Source: Nitrospirota bacterium (GTDB lineage: Bacteria; Nitrospirota; Thermodesulfovibrionia; UBA6902). From it: DNA of 64,000 bases. The notes under the pieces are model-generated. The model was not told where the DNA came from. It did not search any database and worked only from the letters and a program-made list of their open reading frames with translations. The translations under genes and the position numbers were made by a program. The stretch lies in contig PIVU01000002.1 of the NCBI GenBank assembly GCA_003354025.1, forward strand, positions 8,004-72,003, written 5' to 3'. Each line of letters starts with the position of its first letter. Within the stretch, counting starts at the first letter, position 1. Positions 20,501 to 28,573 of this stretch are shown here, one piece after another.

Positions 20501-21847
20501 AAGATCGGGGGCACTCCTCAGTTTTCGAACGAAGTCCTGACTACCTTTAGGAATCTTACTGCCTGCACGCAAACCAACATAGCCGGTTATTGCATCCCCA
20601 CTTTTATTGGTGTTGATTATCAAACCAGGCTGCAACTGCTGAGCAGTCTCGCCTGTTTTTGCAAACATTTCATGTTTCGCAGGTAAAAACCCCTGGTCAA
20701 TTTTATAGCCCCTATCTCTTTTTATTAACTTTACTTTTCCCTTTGCAAAACCACCAAACTGCATATTTACGGATCCGGTTTTCTGAGGTTGCCTATCTAA
20801 CCAAGCATCAATGGATTCACCCGGCACTAACTTCGGCTTCCCTTTCAGTTCCACAACTCCTGGTGCGGTACTTTGCTCGCCTTTAGCTTTTCCGGCAGTT
20901 CCAGTTTGGTTCAGAGACTCCCGCTGCACAATATGGAGATTACTATATGTTTTCCTTGATACTTTATTTGAAAGTCCGGGAGCTGCATTTTGCTGGACCA
21001 CATGTGTAGCCTCATGGGCCATCAGCTTTACATCATCAGGTGATTGCCCCTCACCTAACCAGATGTCGTTTTTATGTGTAAATGCCCGTGCTTTTAAGCC
21101 TTTTGCCGCATCACGTGCAGAACTGTCATTATGGACTCGAACACTGCTGAAGTCCGCACCGATGCCGGACTCCAACCTGCTCTTAGTTTGAGGGTTAAGT
21201 GGCCGTCCACTGCCTTTATCTGCAATAGCCTTTGATGCCGTATTGGTCATTTGGGAAGGGGAATTTACAGCGTCTGATTTCTGTTTTGTTTGACACTGTT
21301 CGTCCTCATCTTCTGCTTGATGCTGGATAAATTCGCATTGAATAGTCTCTTCCTCTTCGGGATGATCCTCCTGTCTTTGAACTAACGGGGTAATCTGATC
21401 AACCAGCGGCTCGGCCTGAAGCTTTTCTTCCTCGTCTTCATATTCCGGCTGGCGCTGGAGCTTCAGATCGGGCATAGTCATCACCTGATCAGCGATACTA
21501 TCCGCCTCTTTTTCGTATTTGTCATTGGGTTTACCGATGGTTAGCTTGGTCTGGACAGGCTCATCTTCCTCGTCCTCGGGCTGCCGTTGAAGCTCTTCAT
21601 CAGGTTCTTCACTCTCAGATTTTTGAAGGAGTGCCGCACCACCTGAGAGGCCTTCCATAACTCTATTAGCCTCTATCACATAATTGCCGTCATTTTCATC
21701 GGTGACCGATTTGGCCTGAACTTCATCGGGCCGCAGGATTTTGCGCATTGCAATCTGTTGCGCAGGATCCATCGAACGGTAAAGGGAATGATGCGACTTG
21801 TGCCCGTTAGAAGTCGATTGTTTCTCATTAGCTGCGAAAGTCTTCAT
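17522..21847 (-). CDS. Giant eCIS-type cargo/effector: acidic repeat N-terminus, DUF4157 metallopeptidase-like domain (HEATH), Lys-rich linker, unknown C-terminal domain
   Basis: 1441 aa. Residues ~230-290 (FSSVRVHNDSSARDAAKGLKARAFTHKNDIWLGEGQSPDDVKLMAHEATHVVQQ) match the DUF4157 signature. Residues 85-170 carry three QRQPE(D/Y)E-acidic repeats. No signal peptide. Confidence 0.75.
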   Translation of the reverse strand: MKTFAANEKQSTSNGHKSHHSLYRSMDPAQQIAMRKILRPDEVQAKSVTDENDGNYVIEANRVMEGLSGGAALLQKSESEEPDEELQRQPEDEEDEPVQTKLTIGKPNDKYEKEADSIADQVMTMPDLKLQRQPEYEDEEEKLQAEPLVDQITPLVQRQEDHPEEEETIQCEFIQHQAEDEDEQCQTKQKSDAVNSPSQMTNTASKAIADKGSGRPLNPQTKSRLESGIGADFSSVRVHNDSSARDAAKGLKARAFTHKNDIWLGEGQSPDDVKLMAHEATHVVQQNAAPGLSNKVSRKTYSNLHIVQRESLNQTGTAGKAKGEQSTAPGVVELKGKPKLVPGESIDAWLDRQPQKTGSVNMQFGGFAKGKVKLIKRDRGYKIDQGFLPAKHEMFAKTGETAQQLQPGLIINTNKSGDAITGYVGLRAGSKIPKGSQDFVRKLRSAPDLIGLQGFGVSKFPKITNEIKDGSLELGLSDVPLALGRILNGTFSLGANEEKITSFSGNLSVDVPKLATVNMELDRTPEGKTKGKVDAAVQLTKNINGNVIVVWDDGNLSGEGSVGYAGDKFSGKVTLKVMERDKAEQLEQQKKAPEKEVVQKSASKGKSKAKPDYVLFGEGELDVTFSDWLGGKAQVIIDQKGFLTVIGKITPKDFELFPQKDYVKKLFKVEARASYGIPVVGNIFIFANIGADAFAKIGPGKFYKISIDGTYSNDPKKAKDFSIKGSFNISAAAGLRLRGEAGAGLEILAHDIKAGAGINGLAGIRGYAEATPVIGYREKPAPTAEDKKGEFYIRGDLEIAAQPFLGLSGDLFVEVDAPWWSPVPDKKWTWPLGGKEWPIGGSFGLNANIDYVFGSGKAPAVELKPVEFDSSKFLTDLYADKAQPTSKKADKPGTWKEKNTKDAPPSKEAKTGNAKLGKAEALPAAKSKVKPAVGKKDVKPANPNSRTANGKTVKEYQKEARQKEGKPDLKSPMKGKGKEGKTGKADTKKDKQDKWQRGVKVVKQTLSYAEKTGIDQKELNGILKKIMKRKEYGFNQLYAKESPKDKQKWTVFGAMSPVEQILTLAKSKMKFGEKKFVNNAGEEHVLSISGEGKTAKLLMASNSKGPLRIYLADLKIVKSDPRYNAMEEAKRLASKTLADVGGTSDQERSKNVEDDLNKLSIALKTLASNLSLPLPPKAKLKYSDDRSGVGKYSKLDTITTENSTVGTKPSGSTKEFDQLRAHGLTSGAGIDKWVRMHLVSEELGGKGVKENWVPAPNSVNTGTQVLSQFEAPLKRLLYKGSKGANGKDSPSVIWVKGEVLDTHAPDASTYKLKDFPSTVEFTAGLYFPKGKKWEKDTKARFKENVPIRKPDKGKLPSLSIASYTALSAVEGGEIFTRTMTKIMKVVSKGGNEPYRSVANMINRIKNHSKDPKRNYSRLYKKFDDSKQKIKDLVKNKKIRVG

Positions 21848-22105
21848 CTAATCACCTTCTTGCCTCATAAAGTCCCTCCAGTACCACTTTTCAACCCTTT
21901 GCAATGTTGATGCATAATGACAATGAAAATCGGATCCAGGATAGTTGATGCTGAGATATTCTGTAAGATGGAACTTAATGGGCCGTTATTTTTTGTGAAA
22001 GTTACTGCCCTGGATATCAACAGTTTTCAACAGACTTACATATTTCTGTTTGGAGAAAAAGACGCTGTTAACAAAATACAATATGGATCAAGAAAGAGTA
22101 AATGC

Positions 22106-22146
22106 AAAAAGGACAGCCCAAGCCGGATGGCTGCCTGTCCTTTTCT
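22106..22146 (-). terminator. Imperfect hairpin flanked by A5/T6 tracts in the 400-nt gap between fibre-like gene and effector gene (possible attenuator/partial terminator)
   Basis: GGACAG...CTGTCC 6-bp core stem plus GC pairs. A-run on one side, T-run on the other. Confidence 0.25.
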
Positions 22147-22256
22147 TGTTGGTCGCTATGACTCGAACATCCCTAATGGTCCCCCGTACCCCAAAATAAT
22201 CATCACGGGAGTTGTAGCTGACCTTTCAAAAATCATATCAACTGTTCCACTGTTTG

Positions 22257-25200
22257 TCAAGCTTTATTATGATCCTCTATAAACTTTGAAAGAGGTTCGA
22301 GTACCGTGACATCAGATGCCCCGCTCAACAGGTTATTTTCAACCTGCCATAACCAGGACTTTACATCACCGGCATTTATCGACCTGGCAAATATGCCAGG
22401 ATCATAGCTGTCCAGACGGTTACCCCGGATCTGCATCATTCCGCCAAAATAACCGTATACCCGGACTCCGTTAATTGAAGATTTAAGGGTATAGGGATAT
22501 TTTTCAAGTTTAAGGTGATTGTTCTCAACATGGAGACTTTTAAAATTTCCTACAAACATACCATGACTTTCACCAATGTCCTGTAAAGACAAATAATTCA
22601 CTATATGGTTCCCTTCAACCAACAACCTGCCGGCTATATAAGTCTCATCATTTTCACTCTCAGGGTTATTATAGCTTAAACCGATATGAATCCCCTGTGC
22701 AACACCGGATATCGAATTCTTTGTGATACATATATCATTGGCTATCCGACCTGCACAAACAATCCCCTGCGAAGCAATGGCAGGCAGGTGCTGCTTCATT
22801 ATATTAAACCAGTTCAGGAATGCAGATATGTCAGCCGGGAGCGCAACTTCATGGGCAGAGGCGAGCATACGTATATTCTTATCGGTCAGAGCTTTCATAT
22901 ACCGGACCAAATCCACATTGTTTAGTTTTTCCTCTATAACAAGGTTATCAAGATAGTCGTGCCACGTTTTAATCAGGTCAGGATGTGTATTAAAACAAAG
23001 CTGCATTCTCTCGTACTTGAACTTTACATTACGTTTTTTATTCAAGGGAGTATTCCTTTGCACAGCAACCACATCGGAAAGCATTATTTTCCTCAGAGTC
23101 ATAAGATATTTTTTATCTTTAAGGAGCTTTCTTAGTGTCAATTTGGACGGCTTCGGTGCAACTTTCACATCGTTGTCTTCTATCCGTGCACGGTCGGCAT
23201 TAACCAGTAGTATTCCCACTTGCTGGTGGCCGGGCTTCAGCAGACATGATCTGACTCGAACCGAGGAAGACTCAGGATACTCATGTGACACGGTAAGACA
23301 GCTTGCCATTCTTTGTGCACCGGCACCGCAAGTGATAGCAACAGACTCTACAACAACGTCTTTAACATTCCGTATTGTAAGTGCTCCATTGAGACCTTCA
23401 AATTCAGAACCTTTCTCTTTGCCGACTCTATAGCTCTTTATTGATAGATCACGCACAACAACACTTTTACATTTGATAAATGTCATGGCTGATTCGCTGT
23501 TAGGCGATCTTATAATCGTTCCATCACCACATCCCTCAATGGTGATATTGCCAAGATCTATAAGAACCACGGGATTATTAACGATATATTCACCAACAGT
23601 AATGCAAATATGGGCATCACCGCCTTTGGGTATCTCACTCTTGAGCCGTGCCTCCAGGTCATCTCCCGGAGAAATTGTGATAGTGCAGCATCCGCCTCCC
23701 TGCATCCTACATAGGGCATTGATGGCATCCTGTACGGTGTTAACTTTGTCATTTCCTTGCAGGCCTTCCAGCTTCACACATAAATCATTCCGATCTACGG
23801 GAAGATGGGTTGCATTGAATTCGCAAAGCAACTTCTGAACTACATCGTTCAAATTAGTATTAGCGTTTACATCGAGACCCGACTTGACAGTAGGTTCCAC
23901 ACCAGACGAACAATCCACCGGATAGAACGGAATATGCCGTGCCCTGAGGTTACACAAAACAGCATCGAGCACATCCTTTACCGTAATATCATTATCTCCG
24001 TCCAGGTCCGGCCATTGAACATCAGAGTCATCCTGAAGCAGCGAATTAACCGTGGGCTCCGCCCCTGCACATGCAGGATTATCGTATGCGACCTGATCGG
24101 CCGTACTTAAATTGGCATTGAAATAAACAGGGGGGGGTGTGCTTGGATTTTCATCCACTCCCAGCAACTCGGTCTTAAGCCGCTGCTGCTTAGAATGCGG
24201 GCTGACTCCGCTTCCCAGCTTCCAATAGCATGTTGCAAGACCATCTGCCGAAACTACTACTACAGGTAACTCAGCAGATGTGAAGGGTGCTTCTGAAAGA
24301 GAGAGTTCACCATCGCCTGATGCAAGTGAAAAGCGCACCTTTGCACCCGTTACGGGCCACTCGCCATTGGCAATTCCAACTTGTATTGGATAAGGCAGCT
24401 GATGCCCCGGCATCGCTTCCTGACCATCACCTCCGACGTGAAACATCCGCGTCATCTCAGTCAGCGGCGGAAAGGCGTATTTGCGGTCCTCCTCAGGATT
24501 TGGTTGCAGCACACCATTAATTACCGTTCCTAGAGTCAGGTAATGATGATCTATACCCTGCGGAGCTTTATCCCTGATTAATACACTGCCAGCCTTATGT
24601 TCGATCTCGCGTACCTCAGCCAGCCAGTAATCACCGACGACAAACTGAACTGCCCGTGTCGTACCTGCTATAAATCCGGCATATTCCGGATGTTCTCCAA
24701 TTACGGTGATATCGGAATTCAAAGGTGAGGTTAGAGTGATGCATCCATAATACATGTTCGCTCCTTGCTCAAATCCGCATCGTCTCGATGTTTTGATATC
24801 TGCCACCTCTACCTCGATGTTTCGCCCGTCTGCCGCCGTCAGCACTATGGCCCCTTCCAGCGTCTTGCTGGCAGTAAAATCGGCATCAGAGGAAAACTTC
24901 GTATTAATGGCATTAATCACCACATCCACCTGAGTTTCCACACTGTCAGCAGATAATATTTCACCGATATCTACGGAATTAACCTTCAGCTGTCCGGCAT
25001 CGATCTTACCCTTCTTCGATGGAGCACTGCCTTCCAGCACCGTGTTGGCCGTAGCAGTTACGGCAGTTACAGATGTATTGGCATTATTGATAGCGGCGGC
25101 TTTCTCCATGGCACTTGAATTAGCACTTCCGATTTCTATCCCATCGATGATAAGGTCAACTGGGGGTGTTCCGGATAAGCTATCAAGTGTTACCGGTCCA

Positions 25201-26330
25201 CTTACAACACGATTAAGCAACTGAAGCTTCAATTCAAGCGAATCGAGCTTTAATACTTTAACGCCTTTAGTGCTTGAGCTGTCCTCAGTTAAATCAACGC
25301 CTCCGCTTATTCCGCTATGGAGACGCCATTGCGCGTTCAACGCATCCCATTTAAACGTAGCATAGCCATCCCAGCGGCGGACAAATTTCCTGGTTTCGCT
25401 CGAACCTGGTATTGTCGGTATATTGTAAGGACTTGCCGGCTCCTTTATTGCCGTGAGCCCAACACGGGCCGGTTCCCATGTGGTATTTTCAAGATGCACG
25501 CCGAGATGTTTTTCGCTGGTCTTGTCAAAAAATTCGTAGACCCATTTATCGCTGATAAATCCGGCAGGCATCTTCTCTTTTGTGGGCAAGGCTTCGAACT
25601 GCTCGGCACCGTTTTCACTTGACCACTTTAGCGTGATTTCAGATGGATCATCGGCATCACCTTTCACATCGTGCACTTCGACACGGAACAGATAGTTTCC
25701 AACCTTAGACTTCATATCCAATTGGGCTGCACATGGGTCGCATGGATCAGACTCAGTGGTTTTTTGCAGCAACGTGACGGTAAGCTCCGCATCGCCTTTA
25801 GGTGGATTTTGGGTCCATTGCTCAGGATCAACACCAAACGGGCACCATTTGACCTGGGCCATCATCTGTTTGCGGGTGCAGGTATCAGCGCCGTGCAGCC
25901 CCTTATCACGCAGACGTTCATCCATCAGATGAGTAACAGTACGCTCCCAGACGTCGGCGTAAAGAACATGGGAATCTATTAGTGCAGTAGGTAAATTTGG
26001 CGCTCCTGGAAAATCCGGCTGGGCATCATAGGAAACTTCCCTATCACCCGGAACCTCTGCGGCCACACCATTCACATAGACATGGCCCGGCTGAATTGTC
26101 AGAGGATCACTTGAAGCTTTTATGACTTTTAATGCACGGTGGCGTGGCGTTCCACCGATGCCGCCCTCTTTGCTGCCTACTACATCTTTAAGCGCATCGT
26201 TCAGACGATCCTTAAGAATTTCGACTAGTTCGTTCCAGTCGGCATCCGTAAGCATGCGCCCCTGCTGTTGATAAACTCCTGAATAGCGTTTTTTGAGTTG
26301 GTGACTGTCCCTGGAAATCTCGGTTTTCAT
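22257..26330 (-). CDS. Tail-fibre-like / receptor-binding protein with right-handed parallel beta-helix C-terminal region
   Basis: 1357 aa. Occupies the gpH position after the gpI-like gene. Beta-helix-like repeats in the C-terminal third (NGALTIRNVKDVVVESVAITCGAG...). The family assignment is tentative. Confidence 0.5.
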   Translation of the reverse strand: MKTEISRDSHQLKKRYSGVYQQQGRMLTDADWNELVEILKDRLNDALKDVVGSKEGGIGGTPRHRALKVIKASSDPLTIQPGHVYVNGVAAEVPGDREVSYDAQPDFPGAPNLPTALIDSHVLYADVWERTVTHLMDERLRDKGLHGADTCTRKQMMAQVKWCPFGVDPEQWTQNPPKGDAELTVTLLQKTTESDPCDPCAAQLDMKSKVGNYLFRVEVHDVKGDADDPSEITLKWSSENGAEQFEALPTKEKMPAGFISDKWVYEFFDKTSEKHLGVHLENTTWEPARVGLTAIKEPASPYNIPTIPGSSETRKFVRRWDGYATFKWDALNAQWRLHSGISGGVDLTEDSSSTKGVKVLKLDSLELKLQLLNRVVSGPVTLDSLSGTPPVDLIIDGIEIGSANSSAMEKAAAINNANTSVTAVTATANTVLEGSAPSKKGKIDAGQLKVNSVDIGEILSADSVETQVDVVINAINTKFSSDADFTASKTLEGAIVLTAADGRNIEVEVADIKTSRRCGFEQGANMYYGCITLTSPLNSDITVIGEHPEYAGFIAGTTRAVQFVVGDYWLAEVREIEHKAGSVLIRDKAPQGIDHHYLTLGTVINGVLQPNPEEDRKYAFPPLTEMTRMFHVGGDGQEAMPGHQLPYPIQVGIANGEWPVTGAKVRFSLASGDGELSLSEAPFTSAELPVVVVSADGLATCYWKLGSGVSPHSKQQRLKTELLGVDENPSTPPPVYFNANLSTADQVAYDNPACAGAEPTVNSLLQDDSDVQWPDLDGDNDITVKDVLDAVLCNLRARHIPFYPVDCSSGVEPTVKSGLDVNANTNLNDVVQKLLCEFNATHLPVDRNDLCVKLEGLQGNDKVNTVQDAINALCRMQGGGCCTITISPGDDLEARLKSEIPKGGDAHICITVGEYIVNNPVVLIDLGNITIEGCGDGTIIRSPNSESAMTFIKCKSVVVRDLSIKSYRVGKEKGSEFEGLNGALTIRNVKDVVVESVAITCGAGAQRMASCLTVSHEYPESSSVRVRSCLLKPGHQQVGILLVNADRARIEDNDVKVAPKPSKLTLRKLLKDKKYLMTLRKIMLSDVVAVQRNTPLNKKRNVKFKYERMQLCFNTHPDLIKTWHDYLDNLVIEEKLNNVDLVRYMKALTDKNIRMLASAHEVALPADISAFLNWFNIMKQHLPAIASQGIVCAGRIANDICITKNSISGVAQGIHIGLSYNNPESENDETYIAGRLLVEGNHIVNYLSLQDIGESHGMFVGNFKSLHVENNHLKLEKYPYTLKSSINGVRVYGYFGGMMQIRGNRLDSYDPGIFARSINAGDVKSWLWQVENNLLSGASDVTVLEPLSKFIEDHNKA

Positions 26331-28573
26331 TATCCCTCTCCGTTATCTATCGGTTCTTCTGAATTTATTTTCTCAGGCGGAATATGCAGAAGGCGCGTGT
26401 CCTGAATCAGTACCGGCTCGATACCGACTGGCAAAAACTCCCTCATCTTATCCAGTACGGCCTCTGCCTTAAGGTTATAGTATTTATGATGATAGACACC
26501 CATCTCGCCACCATCCTCGGCGCCGAAACGGATAGCATCCGGGGCTGATGGATTCAGCACGCCGTAACCCGGTTCTCCAAACACAGCCGTCCATTCTTCA
26601 TACTCACCATTTTTGCAATAATCGAATTGATTAAAGACAGGCGTTTCCATAGTATTCGAGCCAGGCGTTATCTTATTGCTCTCATTCATCACTCTGAGCA
26701 CTTTGGCAATCCCCGGGTCAAGATCGTCAGGAATTTTCGAATAGCGTACACAATTCAAAAATGATGGCGACTGCATGCCCGTATTCGGTTTTGTAACACT
26801 TGTGATTGATCCAGCGAAAATGCAGTCGCTGGCTTGAAGGAGCTTACAGTCAGCTTTATCCATAACAGTACAGTATTCCAACCGTGCCAAGCCTAAACTG
26901 ACAGTGAGATTATTGAACAGGCAGTTCTTCGCATCCAGCACAGGAATAGCAACATTTGTGTCATTCGACAGTGCCGTATCTACTATCAATGATTTTACGG
27001 CTGATCGCACAAGTTCAAGAGTCCCGCTAGCCACTGCAAGTTTGCCTTCAAAAACAACATCGTTAAGAGGATAACCCCCAATGGTTGGCAGGTTTAAAGC
27101 ACTAGTCCCGGTAAAATCCTTGATGATACGAACCGGCCTCCCCTTTCTTCCATGATGGAAGAAGCCCATTTCGCCGCCGTCGCTGGCACCTGCATATATA
27201 GATTGCGGGGTATTTGGACTCAGTACCGATCTGGCAGCAAGCTCTATCTGCTTTTTGAAGAATACCGGATCATCTGAGGTGCAATCTTCGACTGTCCTCT
27301 TATCCGAATTATTATTTAAACTTTCAGGAATACGAGAATATTGGATCGTGCCGAATATTTCCGGGTCGGATATTTTCATCAATATTGAATCAATTACATC
27401 CACATCTTTCAGATAGGCCATATCTCTTACGGTACAGCTATCAAGCTCAGCAATACCTTTACCGACAGACAGCTCGTTAAACAGACAGTTGTCAGCAGTC
27501 AGTACGGGTTTATCTGTGGAAAATGTATTCACCTGCACTTTCTTAACTTCAACCCGGCTCAGTTCCAGTTGCCCATCCTTCAATAACAATTTTCCAGAGA
27601 AATGTATATTGTCGATCCTGTAATTTTTTCCCGCCTCTAGTTCAACCTTGTCCTTTAAATCTCCCGCTGAGGTTTTATGGATAAGCAAAATCCTTTTCGT
27701 ACTGTTCGAATAAACCAGAACGTCGGACTCAAGCTTTACTTCGATCAATTTTTTTTGCAGTGCCTCATCCCACGTTCTGATTAGTGGATCATATGGAAAC
27801 AATCCGGTTGGAGGAGGTACATAGGCCAACAGGCGTTTGTGATGGTAGTGTCCATTTGCTGTATCAGGGGTTCTCATATCCACCGTCCTGCGCGAAATAT
27901 CATCAAAGCTACCGGGAAAACACGGAACACCATGGGCATTCACCTGGCGCCAGGTTTGTTTGACACCGCCGAAACTCGAAACCCGTGCAGCCGGATTAGA
28001 AGGCTGTGCCTCAACAGAGCGTGATGGCTGGCGAAGATCCACCATCGCCACAGGCAGACTGGGGTGTCTCACAGCCTCGGATGGGACTGACATATCAATA
28101 TTATTCAATGTAGAATCCAATGCTTTGGCCGGTATTATGGGCATGCCTACGCGCGGCGTCATTGCCACTCGCTTCCAACCCTCCTGAATTTCTACCTCCA
28201 TCTGCCCGACCGCTTCAGCGATCTCTTCCGCGCACTTTAGAGTGCCCTTGCGCTGTCGCCATGAAACGGCATGTTTAATCTCGGCATGTTTACCTTCGGA
28301 ATCCGGAGATACAATGTTCGCGGCCAGCAGTTGGGCAAAATAGGGCAACAGCCAATCCTGGCAGGATTCCGGCAATGCATCATCGAGCTGCTGCTTGAGT
28401 GTACTATGGATCAGATCCAGCATATGGCCGTGAGCATCCAAATACCTGGCAAGGGATTCATCCCCGGCAGTTACGCTGCCCTGTCCCGCAGTCTTATCAC
28501 GCGTGCGATAGACTTCGGGTAGAAGTTGGTAGAGCTGCTCACCAAGCCGGGAATCAAATGCATGCTTCTTCAC
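26330..28573 (-). CDS. Phage P2 gpI-like tail/baseplate protein with duplicated C-terminal module
   Basis: N-terminal 120 aa match the Tail_P2_I pattern (LLPEVYR..., PESCQDWLLPYFAQLL, RKGTLKCAEEIAEAV). Two ~100-aa homologous modules, each preceded by a G-x-(F/Y)-HH motif; a third copy of the motif lies near the C-terminus. Confidence 0.6.
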   Translation of the reverse strand: MKKHAFDSRLGEQLYQLLPEVYRTRDKTAGQGSVTAGDESLARYLDAHGHMLDLIHSTLKQQLDDALPESCQDWLLPYFAQLLAANIVSPDSEGKHAEIKHAVSWRQRKGTLKCAEEIAEAVGQMEVEIQEGWKRVAMTPRVGMPIIPAKALDSTLNNIDMSVPSEAVRHPSLPVAMVDLRQPSRSVEAQPSNPAARVSSFGGVKQTWRQVNAHGVPCFPGSFDDISRRTVDMRTPDTANGHYHHKRLLAYVPPPTGLFPYDPLIRTWDEALQKKLIEVKLESDVLVYSNSTKRILLIHKTSAGDLKDKVELEAGKNYRIDNIHFSGKLLLKDGQLELSRVEVKKVQVNTFSTDKPVLTADNCLFNELSVGKGIAELDSCTVRDMAYLKDVDVIDSILMKISDPEIFGTIQYSRIPESLNNNSDKRTVEDCTSDDPVFFKKQIELAARSVLSPNTPQSIYAGASDGGEMGFFHHGRKGRPVRIIKDFTGTSALNLPTIGGYPLNDVVFEGKLAVASGTLELVRSAVKSLIVDTALSNDTNVAIPVLDAKNCLFNNLTVSLGLARLEYCTVMDKADCKLLQASDCIFAGSITSVTKPNTGMQSPSFLNCVRYSKIPDDLDPGIAKVLRVMNESNKITPGSNTMETPVFNQFDYCKNGEYEEWTAVFGEPGYGVLNPSAPDAIRFGAEDGGEMGVYHHKYYNLKAEAVLDKMREFLPVGIEPVLIQDTRLLHIPPEKINSEEPIDNGEG

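Noticed and set aside
22150-22200. tRNA-like T-arm fragment (gactcgaac...)
   Set aside because: No closing acceptor/anticodon stems could be formed. No cloverleaf.
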